Positions 16,537-21,213 of a stretch of DNA of 21,213 bases are shown here, in pieces. Under the pieces are notes generated by a model. That model ran no database searches. It was not told the DNA's origin and saw only the letters and a list, made by a program, of their open reading frames with translations. Each line of letters starts with the position of its first letter. Within the stretch, counting starts at the first letter, position 1. The stretch is from a virus. A program made the translations under genes and the position numbers. The stretch lies in the UHGV virus genome UHGV-0220583. One strand, 5' to 3'.

Positions 16537-17854
16537 TCTCTATGTCCTCGTCGGTAATGGATGCCCCGATGCCGGTTACGTCAGAATTTTCGCGCAAATC
16601 GGTCATAGCGGCTTTCAGTGTCATCAGACCATCACCCAGCGCCGTACTGATTGCGTTGGTAGTGTTTAACGCCACCGTTGAGCGATCGACATCAGACATT
16701 TGCCAGAGCGGGTTAAACTCAAACGTGAAATCGTCCGGCAGCGGCTTACCGAGTTCCGAGCGGTGCATAATGTCCAGTATCCGGCGCATCGGCATCCGTA
16801 AGCGGCGCTCCTGCAATGAGCTCACCCGGTCGTAATAGTTGGCGAGGTCTGCATCACCAGTAGAGAAGCCTTTCGGGGATTGACCGAACAGGCGTACCAG
16901 CGGGATACCAACGGCACCGCTGATCTGCTCAGCAAACTGCGAAAGAATGTCATCCAGACCACTAAAACTGTACTGGTGGGTTTCGAACTTATCCCGCGAG
17001 TCCATGAGCGTCATACCTTCATTGCTCTGGAACTGGCGGATCAGGTCGATGTTCTTCAGCAACGCTTCGAACGCCGGGCCTCCAAGCGCGATAAGCTCGC
17101 GCAACTTCTCCACGCTATAGGTACGCAGATGCGCTTTATAGACCAGCTGCGCCGCGCCGACAGTGGCGCTATCGAACGCAGTAAGCCGATCCCAGATACG
17201 CTCTACAACCGACATTCCCCATTCGTTTTCGGTCATCTTCTGCTGGAATGGCAGCGTGACGCCATCAAAGCGGATCAGGCGGCTGTGATGGATGCGCCAG
17301 GCCGGAATGCCCGTTGCGGTGGTCACCACGTCGTAAAACTCAGGCTTGCCGAGGTCCGGCCCCATCTCTTTAATGCGGCGTGTCAGCACCGGGTTAATCA
17401 TCCAGCGGTCGAGCGGGAGAATGCCCTTAAACTTGCCCTCGCCAATGGTTTCGAGTCGCAGCGGGGTCATTGGTGCTTGCCCCTCGATCATGATGAAGCC
17501 GACCGCGCCGCCGTAGAGACGCGACCATTTCAGCACGTCGTTCAGCGCATCCCAGATCTGCAACTCATCCAGTTGCGCTTCGAGGGTGCCACGGTCTTTG
17601 GCGTCAATCTCCGAAGTGATGCGAATGCCCTTTCGGGTCATATCGTCCGGGATAGCGTCGACCGCTTCACCGATAACCCACGAACCGCGATATGACCATT
17701 CCACCAGCATGCGGTTGCGGCTGGTGAAGTTCGCCCGGTAGGTCGATGCTGAATGCTGGTTAGGCGTCTGCATCCCAACGCGGGCGACGAAGTTCTCGTA
17801 GCCGTCAGCGGTGGCCTGTGCCGTTCGCTGAGAGGATTGCTTGTTTCGTGCCAT
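16388..17854 (-). CDS. portal protein
   Basis: 488 aa ORF whose ATG overlaps the terminase large subunit stop (TGATG); acidic disordered C-terminus; followed by the MuF-like gene. Confidence 0.7.
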   Translation of the reverse strand: MARNKQSSQRTAQATADGYENFVARVGMQTPNQHSASTYRANFTSRNRMLVEWSYRGSWVIGEAVDAIPDDMTRKGIRITSEIDAKDRGTLEAQLDELQIWDALNDVLKWSRLYGGAVGFIMIEGQAPMTPLRLETIGEGKFKGILPLDRWMINPVLTRRIKEMGPDLGKPEFYDVVTTATGIPAWRIHHSRLIRFDGVTLPFQQKMTENEWGMSVVERIWDRLTAFDSATVGAAQLVYKAHLRTYSVEKLRELIALGGPAFEALLKNIDLIRQFQSNEGMTLMDSRDKFETHQYSFSGLDDILSQFAEQISGAVGIPLVRLFGQSPKGFSTGDADLANYYDRVSSLQERRLRMPMRRILDIMHRSELGKPLPDDFTFEFNPLWQMSDVDRSTVALNTTNAISTALGDGLMTLKAAMTDLRENSDVTGIGASITDEDIENAEDEAPPGIGELGDKPPESPGGDPISNEPTADSAGGRGYRKWALRWFK

Positions 17855-19482
17855 CAGGCCTGTCTCCCTAGCAGCTCCCAGATGTTCAGGGCTGAATTCA
17901 TTGGCGCGTAGCTGATCATCACCGAGTCGGCGAGGTTCGGCGACTTGGTGCCATCAGGCTGTTTATCAACAACGATTTTCCCCACGCCATTAATGGAGTA
18001 GGTCGGCTGCGACAGCTCAATGATGAGTTTGTCTTTGCTCGCCATGGCGCTGCTGATTGAGATGATTTCGTCCGGGTTGTAGGCCATGCCCTCAACCACG
18101 GCGCGATAGGTGTTCTGGAAAAGCTTGCGTAGCCACCACCAGCTCTGGGCCTTGGCGTTGGCGAAGAAGTCCTTGTTCAGGCGTGCGGCCTGTCCGTTGT
18201 CCCCGCGCACCGCTTCATCGTCCGGATCAAATACCGCGCCGCTACCACGAAACGGTGTGGCGAGTATTGACGGTCGGCGCGCTGCGTAACGCAGTTCGTT
18301 GATGGCGCGCGCATCGCCGCGAACGCCAGCACCCAGGCCGTCCTCGTCGAAGCGAAACTCTTCGAGGTTGTCCTGTTCGCAAAAGCCGAAGACCTTCTCA
18401 ACAGACTGGTAAATGTCGCTGCCAACGCCGGACCATTCACGCACGTTCTCCAGGAGGAAGCCGTGACGGGTCGAAAAGGCGTTTTTGTCCCGGCCTTCGT
18501 CGGCGACGTCCATCGCGCCCAGGCGTTTGCCCGTTGGCTGGATGCCCAGCTTAATATGCGCGTCGACGGCAGCCTGTACCCAGTCGGACGGGATCAGGAC
18601 GCCTTCCGCAGATGCGCTGTAGTTCAGGTCAAGTTCCTGCGCCACCACCACCGGATTGTCGATTTTCTCGCACTCCCTGCGATACCACTCTTCATCCTTG
18701 CGAGGATCATCCCGCCAGTGGAATGTGAATACCGGTATCTTCCCGCCGTGACGCTTCTGCGCGAACGGGTTCGCCATGCCGTTAACCGAACTCAGGTCGA
18801 TACGGCAGCGGGTGGTTTGCGACAGCGCCGCGTCAATCAGCAGAGGACGCTGGAGGAATGCAGCCTCATCCACCAGGTAGAGCGTGGTACGGTCACCACG
18901 ACCGATATTGTCGCCAGCCTCGCCTTTGATGACCGCGCCAGTATCGGGAAACTCAACGCGCATGTACGGGGCGTGCTTCTTCTCGTCCCACGAACCGCGA
19001 AACTCTACAGGTAGTGTTTCCACGAACTTGCGCGCCTTCCAGAACAGCGCCTTCGGGTCTCCGGTGCTGTCGACGTATTCCTCTTTACGGGAGCCGAAGC
19101 CGATGACCATTTCTTTGTTGAAGAGGCAGAGCGAACAGGCCAGCCCGATCGCCGTCCAGCTGAGCCCCATTTCGCGGCTCTTTTCGGTGATGCCGTTCTC
19201 CAGCCGTTCGCGCCGCTCCATGATCCAGTGAATCCACTCTTCCTGTTTCGGAAACAGCAGAAAAGGGATGGTGACCGGCAGGCCATAATCGATGTTACGC
19301 GGGTCAGTAGTCATCCCCCAGTCGATGATGAACTGTGCCGGGTTGGTGCGGTAAAACTGCTTTAGCGCTGGCAGCATTTCAGGGTTCTGGCGAATGCGCT
19401 GTAAGCGCTCCATCCGCCATTCAAAAACCATCTGGTAATCAGGGTTTCTGAAATCGAATTCAAACGGGAGAGGCATGATCAC
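17854..19482 (-). CDS. terL: terminase large subunit
   Basis: 542 aa ORF with a Walker B-like LYLVDEAAF and a deviant Walker A-like [11 protein letters not shown] in the N-terminal half; ATGA overlap with the small subunit gene; followed by portal. Confidence 0.8.
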   Translation of the reverse strand: MIMPLPFEFDFRNPDYQMVFEWRMERLQRIRQNPEMLPALKQFYRTNPAQFIIDWGMTTDPRNIDYGLPVTIPFLLFPKQEEWIHWIMERRERLENGITEKSREMGLSWTAIGLACSLCLFNKEMVIGFGSRKEEYVDSTGDPKALFWKARKFVETLPVEFRGSWDEKKHAPYMRVEFPDTGAVIKGEAGDNIGRGDRTTLYLVDEAAFLQRPLLIDAALSQTTRCRIDLSSVNGMANPFAQKRHGGKIPVFTFHWRDDPRKDEEWYRRECEKIDNPVVVAQELDLNYSASAEGVLIPSDWVQAAVDAHIKLGIQPTGKRLGAMDVADEGRDKNAFSTRHGFLLENVREWSGVGSDIYQSVEKVFGFCEQDNLEEFRFDEDGLGAGVRGDARAINELRYAARRPSILATPFRGSGAVFDPDDEAVRGDNGQAARLNKDFFANAKAQSWWWLRKLFQNTYRAVVEGMAYNPDEIISISSAMASKDKLIIELSQPTYSINGVGKIVVDKQPDGTKSPNLADSVMISYAPMNSALNIWELLGRQA

Positions 19483-19952
19483 CCCATCATCTTGCGGTAA
19501 ATCTCTGCGGCCTGATCTGCAGTGAGATTGGTCGTCTCGGTCTTGATCGGGCCGCCATCCTTGCCGGTGCTCTCAACCTTCAGCTTATTGGTGTAAGCGT
19601 CGCCAACCTCTTTCGCGGCCTGTTCAATCAGCTGCGCCGTCAGGGAGAAGTTTTTCATCCCCTCGGTTTTGGTTGCCATGCGGTCAAGCACGCGGAGGCG
19701 ATAGGATTTGTTCGCGATCGGAATGTCGCTGGTTTCGGTCAGGAACCGTTCGCGCGTCGCGTGGAACATCTCGATCCACTTTTTGGCGAGCGTCTTACCG
19801 CTGGCCTTCGTGGGGTCGTGAGATTCAGCCTGCTGGCGGGTGATCTTGATCCCAAATTCTTTTTGGACAGCCTCGACCACCTGCGATGGCGTGTCATAGC
19901 ACGCAAGCGACTGAATGATGAAGGCTTTCACATCAGGTTTTAATGCAGCCAT
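19479..19952 (-). CDS. terS: terminase small subunit (putative)
   Basis: 157 aa ORF immediately upstream of, and translationally coupled to, the large subunit gene; N-terminus [34 protein letters not shown] resembles small-subunit proteins of enterobacterial prophages as I recall them. Confidence 0.55.
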   Translation of the reverse strand: MAALKPDVKAFIIQSLACYDTPSQVVEAVQKEFGIKITRQQAESHDPTKASGKTLAKKWIEMFHATRERFLTETSDIPIANKSYRLRVLDRMATKTEGMKNFSLTAQLIEQAAKEVGDAYTNKLKVESTGKDGGPIKTETTNLTADQAAEIYRKMMG

Positions 19953-19983
19953 AAATCACCATTCGTCTTATACAGTCCAGTAT

Positions 19984-20604
19984 TTAAGCCAGTCGCAGCA
20001 TGCACGTCCCGCACGCTCTGGCAATATCGAGATGAGCAACCTCCGCTGGCTGATTCGCCGCATCAATCATTTCCTGCACGTCCCGGCTCGCACCGTAACG
20101 GCGAACCACGCCCACAAACTCTTCCACGTCATGGCCGCGCAGCTTCAGCTTTGGCTGCCCTTCCTGCGTGAACTTCGGCGCACCAAATTCATCTGTCGCT
20201 TGGCAGATGTGATAAAGCTCGTGCTCTATCAGCGCGCAGAATTCCAGATCGGAACATTGCGAGCAGTAATCGGCGGCCAGCGTGATGATGAACTGCGGCA
20301 CCCTGCCGAACCATTCATACATCTGCTGCTCCATCCGCGCTTTCTGCCAGCCTCCGGCCCGCATTGCCACTTCTTCCGCCTGCCCCAGCACGGAGCGCCC
20401 TTTCTTCTCGAAAGCGTTCGACGCCCAGAGAAAGCACAGATCCGCTTCAAGCAAATGCTGATGGTCAGGGTTGTAGAGGTCGCCCTCATCGCTCAGGATG
20501 TGCTGATTCAGCCACTCGCCAACGTCACTGGCGGGCATTATGCTGATGTACGGCTTCGGGTCAGGTGGCATCGTAAAATGCGCTGGTGGGTGTGGTCTGT
20601 TCAT
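19984..20604 (-). CDS. HExxH-motif protein with two CxxC motifs, putative zinc metallopeptidase-like, function unknown
   Basis: 206 aa ORF containing IEHELYHI (HExxH) flanked by CSQC and CGTC. Sits between the lysis genes and the terminase. Start at 20604 has no strong SD, so the start is uncertain. Confidence 0.5.
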   Translation of the reverse strand: MNRPHPPAHFTMPPDPKPYISIMPASDVGEWLNQHILSDEGDLYNPDHQHLLEADLCFLWASNAFEKKGRSVLGQAEEVAMRAGGWQKARMEQQMYEWFGRVPQFIITLAADYCSQCSDLEFCALIEHELYHICQATDEFGAPKFTQEGQPKLKLRGHDVEEFVGVVRRYGASRDVQEMIDAANQPAEVAHLDIARACGTCMLRLA

Positions 20605-20660
20605 GAATAATTCCAGTGCTCCATTATCGAAGCCCCTCAGTGTGAAGGGCTTCTGTAATG

Positions 20661-20846
20661 TCAGTCCCGGACGAACGTAACCTTTGTGGTTATCATTCGC
20701 CGTACAAGGCGCGTCGCTTCGCGTTGCATTTCATCAATTACTTTTGGCGTCAGCGGCTGACGCGCATATTTGCGCTCAATCTCTGCAAAAATCCCGTTCA
20801 GCACCTCGCTGTCTGGTGGGATAACTTCAACGTTTAATCGTGCCAT
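20661..20846 (-). CDS. small hypothetical protein
   Basis: 61 aa ORF; ATG at 20846 has AGGA 7 nt upstream and overlaps the Rz1-like 3' end by 20 nt. Confidence 0.4.
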   Translation of the reverse strand: MARLNVEVIPPDSEVLNGIFAEIERKYARQPLTPKVIDEMQREATRLVRRMITTKVTFVRD

Positions 20847-21105
20847 CGGTTTGTCCTGCCCTGTTGTTCTCGAAAGTCCTGATATCAGCCTTATCCCTGT
20901 TGCACTGTGCTAACGCTGACAACAACGCAACATTCAGGTTAAGGCTTGCTCCCCACGTAAACGGATCGGGTAAATCTGGCTGGGGTGTTTCAGCCGTCAG
21001 GTTGGCTGGTAACGGAACCACCGGAACTGGAACGTAGACCGTTCGCGTAGTCGTGCAGCCGCTTAACTGCGCCAGAAGGCACAAAACGAACAGCACAATC
21101 ATCAT
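20827..21105 (-). CDS. o-spanin, Rz1-like outer membrane lipoprotein
   Basis: ORF-track ORF 20827..21171; the internal tandem ATG at 21105/21102 gives MMIVLFVLCLLAQLSGC, a lipoprotein signal with lipobox L-S-G-C, followed by a Pro-rich mature region. It overlaps the Rz-like frame and extends past its stop. Confidence 0.55.
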   Translation of the reverse strand: MMIVLFVLCLLAQLSGCTTTRTVYVPVPVVPLPANLTAETPQPDLPDPFTWGASLNLNVALLSALAQCNRDKADIRTFENNRAGQTDGTIKR

Positions 21106-21213
21106 CCGCAACAGCAGCCTTGATATCGTTCTCGGTTCTCTGTGACTCCAGTGTGATCTGCTGTTTTGCATGCTGGTTAGCCTCCAGAACTGTATTGACG
21201 ATTTGCAGTGATT
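20990..21213 (-). CDS. i-spanin, Rz-like, C-terminal part (N-terminus beyond window end)
   Basis: Hand translation of the minus strand from 21211 gives an open frame SLQIVNTVLEANQHAKQQITLESQRTENDIKAAVADDDCAVRFVPSGAVKRLHDYANGLRSSSGGSVTSQPDG with stop at 20990..20992. Not in the ORF track because it has no start in the window. Confidence 0.5.
   Translation of the reverse strand, partial: SLQIVNTVLEANQHAKQQITLESQRTENDIKAAVADDDCAVRFVPSGAVKRLHDYANGLRSSSGGSVTSQPDG

Noticed and set aside
2744-20489. Short minus-strand ORFs in alternative frames inside larger genes (2744..2938, 8210..8410, 10959..11162, 12916..13131, 14782..15087, 15124..15348, 15843..16049, 18177..18440, 19005..19286, 20229..20489)
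   Set aside because: Fully nested in other frames of confidently called genes, with Arg/Ser/Pro-rich translations typical of out-of-frame GC-rich sequence.
271-20610. All plus-strand ORFs in the track (e.g. 271..864, 7612..8112, 9742..10266, 16880..17695, 18463..19014, 19915..20610)
   Set aside because: Each lies entirely antisense to a well-supported minus-strand gene in a GC-rich region where long shadow ORFs are expected; none has its own intergenic space or a convincing start context.
20629-20653. Hairpin GAAGCCC-(11 nt)-GGGCTTC between the 61 aa ORF and the HExxH gene, considered as a terminator
   Set aside because: No U-tract follows on the transcribed strand and the loop is long; at most a weak regulatory structure.
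21106-21171. N-terminal extension of the Rz1-like ORF (MQNSRSHWSHREPRTISRLLLR)
   Set aside because: Would give a 39-residue pre-lipobox leader, too long for a lipoprotein signal; this stretch is just the alternative frame of the Rz-like gene.
1-21213. tRNA, rRNA, CRISPR array, integrase/attachment site, IS element or known defence system
   Set aside because: No cloverleaf-like region, spaced repeat array, terminal inverted repeats or large defence-type ORFs were seen; coding is continuous on one strand.

Overview
The whole window is one minus-strand late (morphogenesis) operon of a tailed phage or prophage with a contractile tail, enteric-like in composition, cut at both ends. Reading in the direction of transcription (high to low coordinates): the end of a lysis cassette (overlapping Rz/Rz1-like spanin pair, Rz truncated by the window edge), a small ORF, an HExxH/CxxC metallopeptidase-like protein, terminase small and large subunits, portal, MuF-like minor head protein, scaffold/protease-like protein with acidic repeats, a small head protein, major capsid protein, four head-tail joining proteins, tail sheath, tail tube, tail assembly chaperone with a canonical -1 frameshift site, tape measure protein with a lytic transglycosylase domain, baseplate/hub proteins, central spike, gp25/W-like, J-like and I-like baseplate proteins, and the 5' part of a tail fibre gene running off the left edge. 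The one clear anomaly is a strongly AT-rich gene for a ~240 aa lipoprotein with its own intrinsic terminator, inserted between the hub and spike genes. It looks like a horizontally acquired moron and is the best candidate for an undescribed accessory function. No tRNA, rRNA, CRISPR array or IS element was recognised. All family assignments come from reading the ORF translations and gene order, not from a database search, and should be treated as hypotheses.
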